NCBI GenBank assembly: GCA_047967505.1
Contig: CM106538.1
DNA length: 64,000 nt
Strand: one strand, 5' to 3'
DNA from: Dipteris shenzhenensis
Taxonomy: Eukaryota
The stretch's first letter is position 1. The number at the start of each line of letters is the position of its first letter. Positions 27,801 through 41,515 of the stretch are shown piece after piece. The position numbers and the translations under genes were made by a program. The notes under the pieces were generated by a model. It saw nothing but the letters and a program-made list of their open reading frames with translations. It was not told where the DNA came from and did not search any database.

Positions 27801-30385
27801 AGGGAGGGTCATGAGAGCATTGGCCTTATGGCAAACATCATCATCTAGAAGTCTTCTAGAATAGTAGGCTCTATCTAGGTAGGATTTTTTATGGTTTTGC
27901 TTTATCTGATTATTTGTCCAAGTGAAGTTTGTGTCCTCTGAGGCATCGATCAAGAGGGCTTGATCTTTGAGATCATTCCAAGCTACCAACTCACTCCTCT
28001 TAGAACATGGCCTAGCCCATTCCATCTATCTCTTTTGCTTTCTACAATGTTGAAGTCCCCCAGTAAGATAGTGTTATACTTCAGGGATTTACCTTCCCAC
28101 ATAAGAGCCCTTTCCCTAGTAGAGTTGGGTGCGTAGATCGAGAATAGTTGACACTCTAGGTTGGGATGCGTGAAATCAACCCCTATTCCGTTTTGGCTGA
28201 AGGTAGTTAGGATCCCTCCTACCACCTGGACAGATGCTTGGAAACTCCCAACACTGCTCCCCCTCTACCTTCTTCGTGAGTGATCAGTGGAGTGCCACTC
28301 CCTTTTGTCATCAACCTATCTGAGTTGCCATCTTAACTTTGAGCCCCCGACCTTTACTTCTTGAAGTTCTATAAAGTCAAAGGTGAGACCTCTGCTGCTG
28401 ATCCATCTTTTAAAATCATTTCATAATCCTTGGACATTGAGAGTAAGGAAGGTGAATATGTCTTGTTTTTGCGTCATTGGGTATTTCTTTTGTTTCTTTT
28501 ATTCTTAAAATTCACCTGAGGCACAAGGTTGAAGCCTCTCAATAGCCTTCTCTTCTCTCTCTGTAATGGCTCTTGGCTCCTTGGGCTTCTCATTCACAAA
28601 GGGGCTAAGTGAAGACGTGGCCTTTTAGCCTGGAAGGTTTTTCTACCTTTCACTAGAGTAAAGGGGGGGTCATCTCTATCCAAGGCTTTGTGTTGTGCTC
28701 TGGTTCAAGTTGGGCTTCGAAGTCTTGCATATTTTCTACAAATTCTTCATCCTCTGAGCTATCTGTCTAATTTTCATCATTTGTCTCTCTCGGGTCTCCC
28801 TGCTCTACTTGTTGTTCTTTCTTGACCTCTCTCCATTGGCCTTTATCTTTCCTTGTTCTTCTTTGATTTTAGGTCGACTTGATCAACTTGCGAGTGAGTC
28901 GTGGGTGCCTCTGGGGTTTCTTTCCTATGGTTATTTCTAACTTGGTAGACTTTAATGAAATGTCCTCCCATGCCATAGAGGAAACAGGAGTTGGGGGTGT
29001 TTTTGTAGAAGACCTTCTGGATCAGTTCCGCTTCATCCCCGTCTAGAACTCGGATAGCCTTCGGTGGGTCTGTAGCTAGGTCCATCAAGATGCAAGCTTG
29101 GGGGTTTCCTCTCAGACTGATGAACCTTTCGGTTTCCAGGGCTAGGAACTAGCCTAGGAGTGCACACAGTGCTTCAACTTGAGGGAAGAGGGAGAGCAGG
29201 ACGTCAGGGAATTCTACTCAAATTGGGGCTTTGGAGGGGGGAGGTGAGTCGGGATTGAAGGTAGCTTCCCACATGTGAACAGATAGTGATAGCTAGGAAC
29301 TGGCCTAGGAGTGCACACAGTGCTTCAACTTGAGGGAAGAGGGAGAGGCGGAGGTTGGGGAATTCTACTCAAATTGGAGCTTTAGTGGGCAGAGGTGAGT
29401 CGGGATTGAAGGCAGCTTCCCACATCTAAACAGACAGTGGCGACTGACTCCTTATGGTCCATGAGCCCTTCTGCACTACTTCTAATGCCATTTCGGGCTT
29501 TTCAAAAAGGAAAACAATGTATCCATTCCTCAAAAATCGAACACTAGTGACGTTCAGACCTTTTTGGGACCAAAAATTCCTCACCCATCCCTAGAAGAAT
29601 AGAGCAGGTGGTCGAGGACCGTGGCACACATGAGCATAGCCATTTTGTAGTTTCATTCAACATTTCATTGTGGACTTTCACAGTAGGAAGCTTACCTTTG
29701 ACACAGCTAGTATCTGGTTGAGGTTTTTTAGCATCTCCTTCTACAGAGGTGGCGCTGGAGGGGTCACAAAAGATCCTCCTTGCTCTTCGTGAGAGCTGCT
29801 CCCATGCCAATTGCTTTAGTATCGTGGGGGATTTAAATAGGCTTTGGTTGCCTCCTTGGATAGATCCTACATAGGATCCTTTCAACACCCCCGGCATAGC
29901 TATCCCTTTCTTGCTCTATTGCATCGTATGCTGGGGTGGGGCTCTATGAACATGGCAATTGTGAGCTTGACTCACAAAGGAGATAGCTTTTGCATTTTGT
30001 AGTCTGCTTGTATCGCTCTAGAAAAGCCAGAAGTTGTTTGGTGCAGACCTGAAGTAGACCTGAAGTCTGCCAGTACACTCTTGAGTCCTTCGTTGACTGT
30101 CCCTTTCCTTAGTTCTTGCATATCTTTATCCTCCAGGTGTAAGGTGAAGCCTAGTAGATTGGTTAGATCCGTTGTCTTTTCTCTTGTCATTTCTTGCATG
30201 TCCACATCTTGCTCTCTAGTGTTGTCTATCTTATGATTGGGTCTTGTCCCTAGATCTCGTTGGTGGAGTCACCTTCTTTAGTGGCTTTAGGTTGGGTGGG
30301 TGGCGACAATCCTATCTCCGCTACCATCGCTAGAGGAGTTCATCTCATCTCAACTCCGATCACTCCTCTACCCTCACTCTCATTT
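24890..30385 (-). mobile_element. near full-length decayed L1-clade LINE (ORF1 with zinc knuckle; ORF2 APE-RT-C-terminal domain), A-rich tail, TSD TTTCCTT
   Basis: ORF1 YKNTPNSCFL.G..GH; APE FLTLNVQGL, LLGDFN, LDRAY, SDHKP; RT KLIPKGG..PLTMLNTSY.I.SKALANRL, RQGCPLAPLLF, FADD (26410-26399); TTTCCTT at 24883-24889 and 30386-30392. Confidence 0.92.
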
Positions 30386-31190
30386 TTTCCTTGTTTTTTA
30401 CTATGCATCACGCATAATTATAAAAACTTTGCATGAGTAGGTCTCTACCATATGTGATGTGGCCAATGCAAAATGACACTTTGAAAGGAATTGATTTGAG
30501 TAATACTCATGTTCTTGAAAAGCTTTATATCGTATAGATATTGTTTTCAAGATTAGGCATGAATAATTTCTTGTTTTTTAGCATATGCACCATGCATAAG
30601 TATAAATATCATGCATTGGTGGGATTCTACCATATGTGTGTGTGTCCAATGACTCTTTGATTATGTTTGGATATCCTTTGCATGGTTAGGCATGTGTTTT
30701 TTCTTTTTTTTGACCATGCATGATGCATATGTTAAAAGTATCCATCATTGGCATTCTACCATATCTGGTGTGTCAAATGGTATCACTTTACAAAGGACTT
30801 AATCTAAGTCATATACATGTTCTTGCAATGTTTATGTGTCATTTGCATGGTTAGGCATGAGGCTTTCCTTGTTGTTTACCATGCAACATGCATAAATATA
30901 AAATATATGCATTGGTTGACTTCTACACTATGTGTGTGTGTGTCTAGTGGGTATGATACTTTTTAGAGGTCTTAATTTGATTAAGTTTCATGTCCTCTTA
31001 AATTTTTGCACGTGTCAAACATCATTTGCATGGTTAGGCATGCATATTTCCTTGTTTTTTATAATGCAGCGTGCATAAGTTAAAAAATATGTATTGGTGA
31101 GCTTCTACCCCATGTGTGTATGTTGGAAAAGTATGATTCTCTTTATAGGTCTTAACATGAGTAAATTATATGTTCTTGCAAAGTTTGATG
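30386..31190 (+). repeat. degenerate ~170-180-bp satellite, right part
   Basis: About five diverged units of ...GGTTAGGCATG..TTTCCTTGTTTTT.ACCATGCA..TGCATAA... Confidence 0.75.
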
Positions 31191-32089
31191 TGGGTAGCAA
31201 ACGACTATGCCAAAAGAAGCAATTTTGGGTTTTCTCTGAAGCTAGATGTGGCACAATTGAGATCCATCAACTCAAAGTAATTTAATAATTCTACTCTTAA
31301 GCTACTAGAGCTAGTTGATCTACTAACAAAATTAGTTTAAGTTACCACTTGATAGTGGCCTACTAATTGTGGGTTCCTCATACATATCTATGTCTGTTTC
31401 CTAGTAGATCCCTTGCTCTTGGATTATTCAAGGCTTGGATGATGTGCACCTTTGAAGTAGGTCAAAGAGCTAGAGTAGTAAATTTGTGGCCTCAATTTCT
31501 CTCTAAATTCAAGGTTTTCCTATGGAAGATTCTCTTAAGAAGTATAAAAGTTTTAAAGGCTTATGAGGTATATGTGTTTATAGCAAAGCAAGAATTGAAA
31601 CCATTGTTGTTTACGAATTAACCATGGACGTGGTAGCTTGGAGGAAAATAGCCTACCATGTGTTCAAAGGAGGAGGCCTTGAGAAGACAAAAGGCCATAG
31701 GAAATGGAAGGTTGAATGATTCCTCTTTGTGATGCATTGGAGGTGTTCAAAGGCTACAGATCATACCAAGTATAGAAGAATTCATAGCTTCTATGAGTTC
31801 AAGAGTAGCTAGGTTAACAAAAGCTTATCCTTCAACAAACCCTATCGAATACCCACTTACATGCCAATGTCCCAGGAAAGTGAAAGAATAGCCAACTATG
31901 ATCCACTAATTTTCAAGCTTTATTAAGGATAAGAAGACCTTTGAGAGTTCAAGCTTATGACATCAATGTATGTGGACAAGCTATTTTCCACATTTCTTCT
32001 AAGATAAGGCTACAATTTCTATCTACCCATGCTCTCATCTACCATATTTTTTTTAGCTAATGTCTTTCAGTCTATTTGGTGGATTATTA

Positions 32090-32520
32090 ATTGTAATTTC
32101 TTTTATCAAAAGGAACAAGAAAAGGCTACTATCTTATTTCTAGAATCTAGTTTATAGAATTTGAATGTTTCCTCAATCTATAGAAGAGAGATTTGGTGAC
32201 TTAACGAAAGCCATCCTTGTCACTCTACTTTATGAGTGCTCGACATTAGGCCCATGGCCTCATCTAAGATACTGTTTGAGCTCATTTTTCTTGGACTATT
32301 TATATATTATTAATTATCAAAAGGGAGAAGCATAGGTTGCTATCTTGTTTATAAAATTTGAAATATATCAAAGGGAAATTTGATGACTTAGCAAAAGCCA
32401 TGCTTGTCACTCTATCTTTTTCGTGCTTGTAGAGCTATGCTCATTTCGTGATGACTTAGCAAAAGCCATCCTTGTCACTCTACCTTTTTCGTGCTTGTAG
32501 AGCTACACTCATTTTGATAA
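32090..32520 (+). repeat. local repeats with several ATCAAAAG(G)GAG-like purine tracts; possibly the 3' end of a decayed LTR element
   Basis: GACTTAGCAAAAGCCATCCTTGTCACTCTA three times; ATCAAAAGGAACAAG, ATCAAAAGGGAGAAG, ATCAAAGGGAAAT. Confidence 0.45.
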
Positions 32521-32590
32521 AGTACTATTGCCATTATTTTTTTAAAACTATAATTTTAAATTTGCTTACAATTACTTTTAATCTTCCTAA

Positions 32591-33901
32591 CACTAGTTTG
32601 GTAGAAGGACATAAAAATGTCCTAGGACACTTTAATGGCATGTTAACTTAGCCACTTCCTAGAATTATTCAAAAGCATTAATAAGGTTTTAATTATTTGC
32701 AATAATACCTTATATGCTGAAAAAAAATTGGAATTATTATCAGTTGGAACTTGCACCTATTACTTTGAGTTCTACCTAAAGTTTTAAGGTCAATCTAACA
32801 CCGAAATTTCAAGTTGTTTTCTCAAGTTTTGATAAAATGGCCATAATCCTTAAGTAAAATGAGTTTTTTTAGTGTTTTTAAGCTATAGAGTCTAATCATA
32901 ACTAAAACACGTATGTTTAGATTGCTTTGGAGCTAGATAATCATACTTATTATGATCTATGGCATCAAATGTAATTTTAGTGAATGCTGACAATGAGGCA
33001 AATTTTGATCTTTTGCAAATTCTTTGACATGTCTAACAAGTTCCAAACTCAACCATACTTTGTATATGTCTTCAATAGGATATTATAGAGTAGCGTGAGT
33101 TTTTAGAGGACCTAATATCATGTAGAACACCAAATTTTGAATGTTCATTATGCTGTAATTCATGCTAAATTCAAGATACAAGGGTTCAAAAATATTATAA
33201 GAACCTTCAGACATTTAAATTATACTTATAGAGTGCCTCTTATCATGAATAAGCGATATCAATTTAAAAAAGATACATGCAAAACACTTATATACAAGAT
33301 AATTCAAAAATATAAAAGTGAGATTTGATGTAGAACTTGTTTGAGTAATTCAGATTAGGAGCACTAAATCTCTTTTATTTTTAGCCTTTATTGAGATGTG
33401 GTCACTTTTCCTTATGATATAATACTATTATAGCTAAGATATGACACTTTGTGGCTATTATGTGTAGTATATAAAGATGCTTATTTATGCAATCCAACTT
33501 ACAATGTGACCCGCTAGGCTAACCACTCTTGTTAATTGCTAAATCAATCTTGCCAAAATGATTTCTTATTGTCACTCTTAGGTGTTTGATATACTTTTAA
33601 AAACTTTGTAAAATTTTCTCTCTCATAGAAATCATTTTGTATTTCAGGCATGCTAGATAAAGTTTCAAATCTGAGTACTGTCTGGATGAAACATTGTTTT
33701 ACCATACATTTGTGAGAATTTTGTAATCACATGTAATAAATATTATTGTCCTTATGGTTTTAAAAAAGAGTCCTATGAGTCTACCTTAAGCTCAAGAGAG
33801 GAAATCATAAAAAATCGGATCTACAACAAGTAACTGTTGTGATTTTTTTTACAAAACCTCAAAAGGACACTCTTATGTCCTGTTATGCTACCGAACTAGT
33901 G
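32591..33901. mobile_element. non-autonomous TIR DNA transposon (1311 bp) with CACTAG termini and 4-bp CTAA flanks
   Basis: Left end CACTAGTTTGGTAG-A-AGGACATAAAAATGTCCT; right end (reverse complement) CACTAGTTCGGTAG-CATAAC-AGGACATAAGAGTGTCCT; CTAA at 32587-32590 and 33902-33905; AT-rich non-coding interior. Confidence 0.85.
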
Positions 33902-34019
33902 CTAAGATATCCCATTTTCATAAATACTCTTTATCTTGGGCTTGCTGCCACAAAATAGGCCAACCTTTTTTTTTCTTTTTTTTACAAACAAAACATCCCA
34001 AAAACTTGGTCATCATCAT

Positions 34020-35222
34020 GTCATAGACTAAATTTGGATTTCCTAGTGAAAATTGTCGAGTGAGATTTAGTGGTGGGATTGATATATGCATGGAAGCAAT
34101 GCACAGAGAATATGACTTGGAAGGGTTGGAAAGGCCTAAGGGGGGGTGCAAGCCTCACCAAATGCATTTGGTGGAGTAGAACACTGAGGAGAGATAGTGA
34201 ACCTTTTGCGCTCCATGATCCGCAGTGTGCAAGGAGCCTATTCAAAAAAGGAATCAAGTCATGGGGTAGAGGTTTGGGACTCGCAGTATGTTGATTGGAT
34301 GGTGATGGAGAAGTTACAAGCAAGATCCGCCCTTACAAATGGGGGAAATGACTTCCTCTAAGCCGTGAGAGATGCAATATCAAATCCTTGGCCATCCAAC
34401 TGGGTTTTTGCATGGTATGGGAAGGCTAATCAGTGGTGTTTGGGTAAGACCCCCCTGCATAAAGTTTCATCCAGGAACATCTACAAGTACCTTACAAAGG
34501 GCAATGCCTACTACTAAAATGATCTAAATAAGAAATGGAACCTCAGATGGAGATCAACATGGTGGAAATCCCAATTCATCAAAATCTAGAAGGGATGCTC
34601 TATTGGGAAGGCGAGATTCTTGCTGTAGAAAGCCATGAACCTATGGCTGCCAGTTAGGGTAAAGTTATCAAAGAGACTTTAAGTCAACCCAAATGCCCTC
34701 TCTATGGCAAATCTGTAGAATTCATCCGACACCTATTCTGGAATTGTGCAATCTCTAGGGAAGTTTGGTCCAAGGTGGAGAAGACCGTGTGCAAGGCTGA
34801 TGGCACACTTCACTATTGGACCTCACTTGCGTACGGCTCTCTTGGGAAACCCTTATAAGCTACCTTCAACTCTGGTTGTTGCATAGCCATATATCAGGGC
34901 CGCTATGTTTTTGGCGATTTGGGACTACTGCAAAAGAGGATGGTGTTCCAACATAAGGTCCAGTTTGGCTTCAAGGTTTCAACTTTGGTGGTGGGGGTAA
35001 CCACGTATCTTAAATATTTCAATCTTGTGATAGTCATGAAGGACTGGGATGTAAGGGAAAACCTGGCCATTGGCTAGGTGCTCCTCTTTTGCAGTGTGCA
35101 ATGTGGACTGCGGGTGGGTAGCCCCTTATGCCCAATTTTTGTATTCGGCTCCTTCCTTTTTTCCTCTAGGACTGACCCTCGTGTTAATACATTTGGCATT
35201 TTCTCCCTTTTTTTAAAAAAAA
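34020..35222 (+). mobile_element. 5'-truncated L1-type LINE (ORF2 C-terminus with zf-RVT-like motif) ending in an A tail
   Basis: ...ARFLL*KAMNLWLP...CPL...EFIRHLFWNCAISREVW; A-run at 35215-35222. Confidence 0.75.
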
Positions 35223-36340
35223 CATACGTTAAGAATTTTCCCATTTGCTTAAAATGGCATCCTTTAAACTTAAAAAAAAATACAAGAAAACATGTTGGTA
35301 TATTAGTGGGGTGGTTAGTCCCCACCACAAAGACAAAGCCGAGTACAAAATTTGGTCATATTACAAATTGGCTGTCCTCAAGCCACGTTGAAAACAACAG
35401 ATAGAGAAACTACCTTACGAGTAAGAAGGAGCGGACCTCTAAAATGGTTCTACTAAATAGTGGGTCTTTCTTGTTTACTATCCCTCAAATTTGCCCTGAC
35501 CAGGGCCAAAATGGATGTTTTCAATATACCCCATTGGAATTTTCTACTAAAAGACTATTTGACTCCAAGCTTTGCAAACAACCAAGAAGATGGAAGCCCT
35601 CAAGTACATCCAGCTGGCAGCAAGCATCGAAGGAAGGTAAGAACGTCCCCCGTGAGGGCTATCCTCCATTGTGCACCCAAATGGAAGTGCAATATAAGCC
35701 CTTATTATCGAACAGCACTCTACACCTAAGCCAAGATACCTCTTGTTACACATCCGTTAGGAACTACAATGATCTAAGGGGTCTCATGACTCTCTGCTTG
35801 GGTGCAACCCTTCTTTCCCACTATCTTCCAATGGTTCTCCGAGCGGAATTCATCATCTTTTCAACCATACCAGCAATTTGTGTGATAATTTCCTTAAGAA
35901 GGAGAGCCGGATCACCAGACAGAGGCTTGTGGCTGATCGGGGTGTAGGAATCCCTTCAGGCACCTCCATGCCATCTTCGATCTTATCCTCTCATGGTAAT
36001 GCCGTGTTCGCCAATCTGCTTTGACACTCCCTCACGAAGTGGCCTAGTTTCTTGCAAATGATGCATGCATCTAGGAAAGTCCCAAACCTAAGCTACTGAG
36101 CAAAAGACAAGCCTTCTGAATCAGGAAATTTGATCTCCAAATAGTCGAGCACCACTTGGCTACGGTCCCAAAGGATTTAAGCTTTCTTCCTCCTAGTATT
36201 AGTGTTCGTCAAGTGAGGTACAAGGAGGACTTCTCCAAGTGAGGTTGCTAGCTTCTCCGTCGCATCACCCAACCAGGGAGGGAAAGTCGTACTTTCGACC
36301 CAAACAAGGCACTCGTGGAACAAAAACTCAATCCACGCTA

Positions 36341-38424
36341 TGATAAAAAACCATAAATTACTTCTACCATGATCTACTGCAATAATACGCAAGAGAATAG
36401 ACACCAAGAAGATATATATTCATAAACCGAAACTGAGAGGATCTACATCTTGAGAGAGCGAGAGTGCTCTAACACCCGAGCCATCATAGATTGAAGTAGA
36501 ACAAAGGTCTCCACAAATGAAGCATGAATCAGGGTACAACATGCGAGAACCACTAGGAGGGAATTTCGCCATCGAACTCCACCGCTACCTTAGATTTTGT
36601 TGCATGCATGTGGTCATGCACTCCTTACACATGGCAACAAGCTAACCAGCCCCACCTTAAGCCTAAGCCCAACCAAAGGCTTGGTTTCCAACACCTCCCT
36701 CAAGCTAAGGTTAGGCAAAATGATCAACTGCATAAAAATTATCCTGCCAGCAAATTCTTAGAGGATCCAAACAAAGAAGATCATGAACCGAAGCCGACAA
36801 AGGACACAAATATGAGCTTAGATGCCAAACATGTCTTTTACAAGAAAAAGAAAGGACTAAAAAGCCTTTTACCCAAAGCAAAACACATAATCAACTTCTA
36901 TCCAAGCCAAACAACGACCAGGCTCATCAACTGAGACCCGAAATATTCAAGTGAGTCAATGCCTTACTAATAGACATAGATGTGATTGGGGATTTCGCCT
37001 CAACCCTACTGGGTGTTTTCAGCATTCAAAATTGATTACTCTTTATTTGACTCTCCCCATACTACTTGTTGCTACTGCAGCATGCATTTAGAATGCATAT
37101 GCGTCATAGTCTGTGTCATCCTCAATGACACACAAACCAGCTATCTCTTCACTTACTGCTTGTGCACAATCCTTGGTGGTTTTGATAGTTGCAACCTCCT
37201 TACCCTTGTTTCCTTGGGCATCCTTTTTTCGATAACAATAGTCTTCTTTGTGAACAAACTTGCCACAATAGTTACATTTCATTTCGGTCTTCTTCACTTG
37301 CTTGCTTTTCTCAACCAGATATGTGCCTTCACCAAACCCAAATCCACGTTTTGATGCCTCTCATCGTCCAGAAGTGTAGCGACCATCTCATTCACTAGTA
37401 TCTCACTACTCACATTGAGGATTTTAACAATATCATAATATGAAGAGCAAAGACTTGATAGAAGAATGGCCTTTATGTCATCATCATGTACCTTGATACG
37501 AAGATCAAGTAACTCCTACAAGATTGCTCTCATTCTACTCATATATGCTCTCCAAGAATCATGGTGTCTTCCGTCTTCAAAGTAGAGAACTCGCCTCAAT
37601 TCGTCAATCTTGGAACAAACAGCGACTCAATAGCAACCCAATTTTCTACTGCACTGGCCGTTAAATCCAAATGATGGAGAGACCAAGTTCCCAATGCTCA
37701 ACCTATGATTCCAAGGAAGGAAGATCTTGTCTCTCCCACTATAACGAGCTACTGTTGTTACCATCTTTTTTCGCTCCAAAGACGATAGGCCAAAGCCCCT
37801 TCTCCATAAGGTGGAGACATATCGTGAGCTGCCATGCAAGGAAGATTGCCCAAATGAAAGTAACTAGCTTTGCATCTTCTACTTTTGATTACATCTTGTA
37901 ACCATTGCGTTGAATAATAAGTGGGTGATCAACTTTCAAGATGTAACACCTTCACATACATAGTTTCCCATGCATGCAATGAAACTCTCAACAATGCCCA
38001 AATCTGAATTGCCACACTCTAATAACAACTGATAAAAACCTTAAATTAAAATTACTTCTACCATGATCAGCTATAACAATACGCAAAAGAATAGACACCA
38101 AGAAGACATTCATAAACTAAAAACTAAAGAGGATCTATATCTCGAGAGTGAGCGTGCTTTAGGATGCAAGCCATCACAGATTGAAGTTAGAAGCCAATAC
38201 AAAGGTCGCCAAGAAGGGTGCCTCAAAATGAAGCATGAATCAAGGCAAAGCATGGCAAGAGCCACCAACAGAGAAATGAAGAACCGCCCAAAGAGATTTC
38301 CGCCATCGAACTTCCCCAACTCTAGAAGCCGTTATTGCCCTAGATTTTGTTGCATGCAAGTGATCATGCACTCCTTACACATGACAAAAAGCTAACCAAC
38401 CTTACCAAAAACTTGGTTCCCACA
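36341..38424 (-). mobile_element. gag-only LTR element (TR-GAG-like), ~2.1 kb, LTRs at 36341-36693 and 38030-38424
   Basis: Two diverged direct LTRs with TG...CA ends; degenerate PBS at 38027-38017; gag remnant with CNYCGKFVHKEDYC; PPT CTTGAGGGAGG at 36704-36694; no pol motifs. Confidence 0.85.
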
Positions 38425-39879
38425 CATTAAATGCAAGACTCCGTGAGATAATGAGCATGAAGCACCTAAGCAAATGAAGGACTTGCCTACCAACTCATCA
38501 CAAACCTCTTCTAGCCCAACACAAGAAAGAAGCCCTTTCCCATGAAACAGGCATAGCTATCAACCAGTTTCAATGACATCATCCAATGGGATTTTACATG
38601 CAAATGAATATTTTTTGCCAAATGCAAACCATCCCTTCTACCCAAACTCTTTGGCTCTACACAAGATTTACATGACGAATACTCTATGTATCCTCATCAA
38701 GGAGCAACGAAAATTCACCTTGCATCTTACTTACATGCTGTTGATCTTAAGATCAAACTTGCTCCCCTTCTCAAGAGCTCTCGAGATAGGTCCATCCTCA
38801 CCATACTCTTCCCTCATTGCACCCTCATCGAGGCTCAAGAGGCTTGGTGGGTTGGTACGAGGTACAAGGCGAGGGTGTGTCAATCCTCCCCTAGTTTTCC
38901 CATCTCTATGATGAGACGTGTCACTAATGCAACACTGTCTACTAAGCTCAATCATTTCAGTGCCCACTCATTTCAATGAACAATTAGAGCATGTTCATAC
39001 AAAGAGGTAGGTGGTTTGCAAACCACATGTCCTTGTTAAGGTTGATATGAAACTAGTTTTTTCTTGAGCCCTTACACTAGACCAAGGGCTCAAGGAAAAA
39101 TCAAGTTTTCCCTCCAAAGCCTAGAGGTGTAAACTCCAATTGGAACCTTGCACTCACCATATTTGTAATCCCCCTTTCCGCATGAATAAGCCTTTAAAAT
39201 GTCATCCTTAATGCCCTACTCTATAGAAAACACAATTTCCATTGTGTGGGTGAAAAGGAGATTACGAGCAGATAGATATACGAGATTTGCATGGAATAGT
39301 ATTATAGTAGGTACCCGATGATGAATTTTTGTCCGCCGAGGAGTTGTTTTTTTTTTTGGAAGAAAGTGCAGGCTTTGTCATCAACGAAAAAAAGATAAAA
39401 GTGGGTCAGCGGCCAGCCCGTACAAAACCCAGGAGTTAGTTACTATTGCAAGGATTCCGCAAACCGACAGAGCGTACACGGTACAGTTAAGTGTAATAAT
39501 TTAACTTCGATTGTGTAACTTTTCATATCACAATTAAGTCATAATCCACCGCCATCCTTTCCAGAATTAGCAGATACTCGCTAAATACCTTCATTTTCCG
39601 TACATCTGCACGAGGCAAAATAAACTCTAAACGTACGCAAATCACGTCACTTCACTTTGCATTTCATGAGTATCACGAAGCATAAATTAATTAAACAATA
39701 AAGCATCATGCATGTCACAGCTGATCCACTACCATCCGGTGTCTGATTCCGGTCCAGAACTGACATAGACCAACTTACACTACTCTTAGACTTAAATCCG
39801 ACTAAAAAACGAAAATGGTTCTTAAACAAGCTTTCTGCTGAGGTCGTTGAACTCAAGTCTCGAATGTCGTCGTTGGAAC

Positions 39880-41493
39880 TCAAATCTCAAATACAAGCCT
39901 CTCAAACTTATCCATCTGCTGAGGCTCTAGAGCAATGTAAAGATTAAGCCCTTCTTGAGTACCATTGGATAACAGTAACACGAACTCCACCATGGCATTC
40001 ACAACCGGACCTGCGTAGATGGGTTTTCCCCACCCAAAATCCATGAGATAGAAAGGAAGCTTCCACCATGCCGACAGGAAGATGCCTCCGGGGAGATTGG
40101 GAACGCCTCCTCCATAGACTGCAGCCCAGTCCATTGATGACCTGATGTATTCATCCGTAATTGCGTTGGTGGCCTCTTGTACCTTTGCCACCGCGAATGA
40201 TAAATCACTCTTTTGCAGTTCCCCAGCAGGAACTCTTGCAAAGGCGGAGAGAACAGCATTTCCTGTAATGACCCACAAATTCAACTATTCAGTTGCAAAA
40301 TAAAAGACAGCAAGCCAAGATCATTGGAGTAATCGACATGAGAACCAGTAAGGAACCTGTAAATCCTTTGGGAAGGGGTGGATTTAACCGGGAACGAATG
40401 TCGACTGCAAAGAGCATTTTCGAAGGAGTCGAAGGAGCCATCTCGACTGCCTTGGTTCGTACTTGCCAGACGTGAGCCGCGATAGCATCAAACGAAGAGC
40501 ATTTCTTTATAGAAGGGTCGCTCATGGCAGATTTTTTCAACCGGTTGAGCATTTCGGCGCTAAAGGGGAAAATCTTGTATATATGTCGCTGAGAAAGAGT
40601 TATACCGGCCACATCCAAATCTGCCAACTCTGCTGTCGTGAACGAGCTTTGCTGTGGTATCTCAGACATCTTGAGATACTCGGGGTGCTCAAATTTAACT
40701 TGTGGAGGATCGCGAGGTTTCAGCATGGTGCGATCAGGCTTGGGTTCAAACCGGAGTCCATCGCCGCGAGCAAGAGCGGAGAAATTGCTAACGAATTCGA
40801 GAGCACCAAATCCGTCGAACATGGCATGATTCATGGAAAAGCCAATAGTGAAACCGCCGCACTTGAATCGTGTGACCTGCGTGACACAAAACAGAGGCCG
40901 ATCCATGGATCTCGAGAATTAAACATGAACAATGTAACATTTTTACTCGAGCAGAACGAACAGAACAACAGTGCATTCAAGTGAAAATGCAGATATGTTT
41001 TTGCAGCTTTGTTTTCAGAATAGAAGAGGCCGCATAATGATCTTACAAGCATCATAAGAAGAGGACTATCCGTCATCCTTTGGGCGTTCCCGGCGGCAGG
41101 CAACACTAAATTTCTGAAGGCGGGATTCGGGCGTGTAACGTCCCCAAGATCGGCTATCTTGAGGTCCGTCGTTGCTCCGGCAAACAGAGCCCCAGCCCTA
41201 TTGCAGCTTATTTCGAGCCTGCCTTCAGGGCTGAGCTGCAATCTGCCTGCCATGAAGTGATATGGCACCAATATTTGTCCCAGGGTATCCTTGAGCTTAG
41301 CGACCACATCGTGAGTGGGTCTATCCGGGTTCGCAGGGTAGAAATACACAGTATCAACAACGTAAGCCACGCACTGATCAATGTAAGAGAGGAAGAGGGA
41401 GCTAGACTCGGTGGGCTCAGCGGGGAGCACAGTCTCGATCTCGCCTACTGTAACATTGAGGTTAAGCGTCGGGAAGTCGCCTTCGGAGCCCAT
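39880..41493 (-). CDS. BAHD acyltransferase (omega-hydroxyacid/fatty-alcohol hydroxycinnamoyl transferase, ASFT/FACT/GLAUCE-like group); exons 41493-41047, 40876-40357, 40262-39880; 449 aa
   Basis: HAMFDG (HXXXD), VTRFKCGGF, LVPYHFMAGRL, DFGWGKP; GT-AG introns 41046-40877 and 40356-40263; exon lengths 447+520+383=1350 nt keep one frame without stops. Confidence 0.95.
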
Positions 41494-41515
41494 AATTTGG
41501 CGTGGAAGGGCTTGG

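Noticed and set aside
35400-36300. 167-aa ORF 35444-35947
   Set aside because: No recognisable domain or splice structure.
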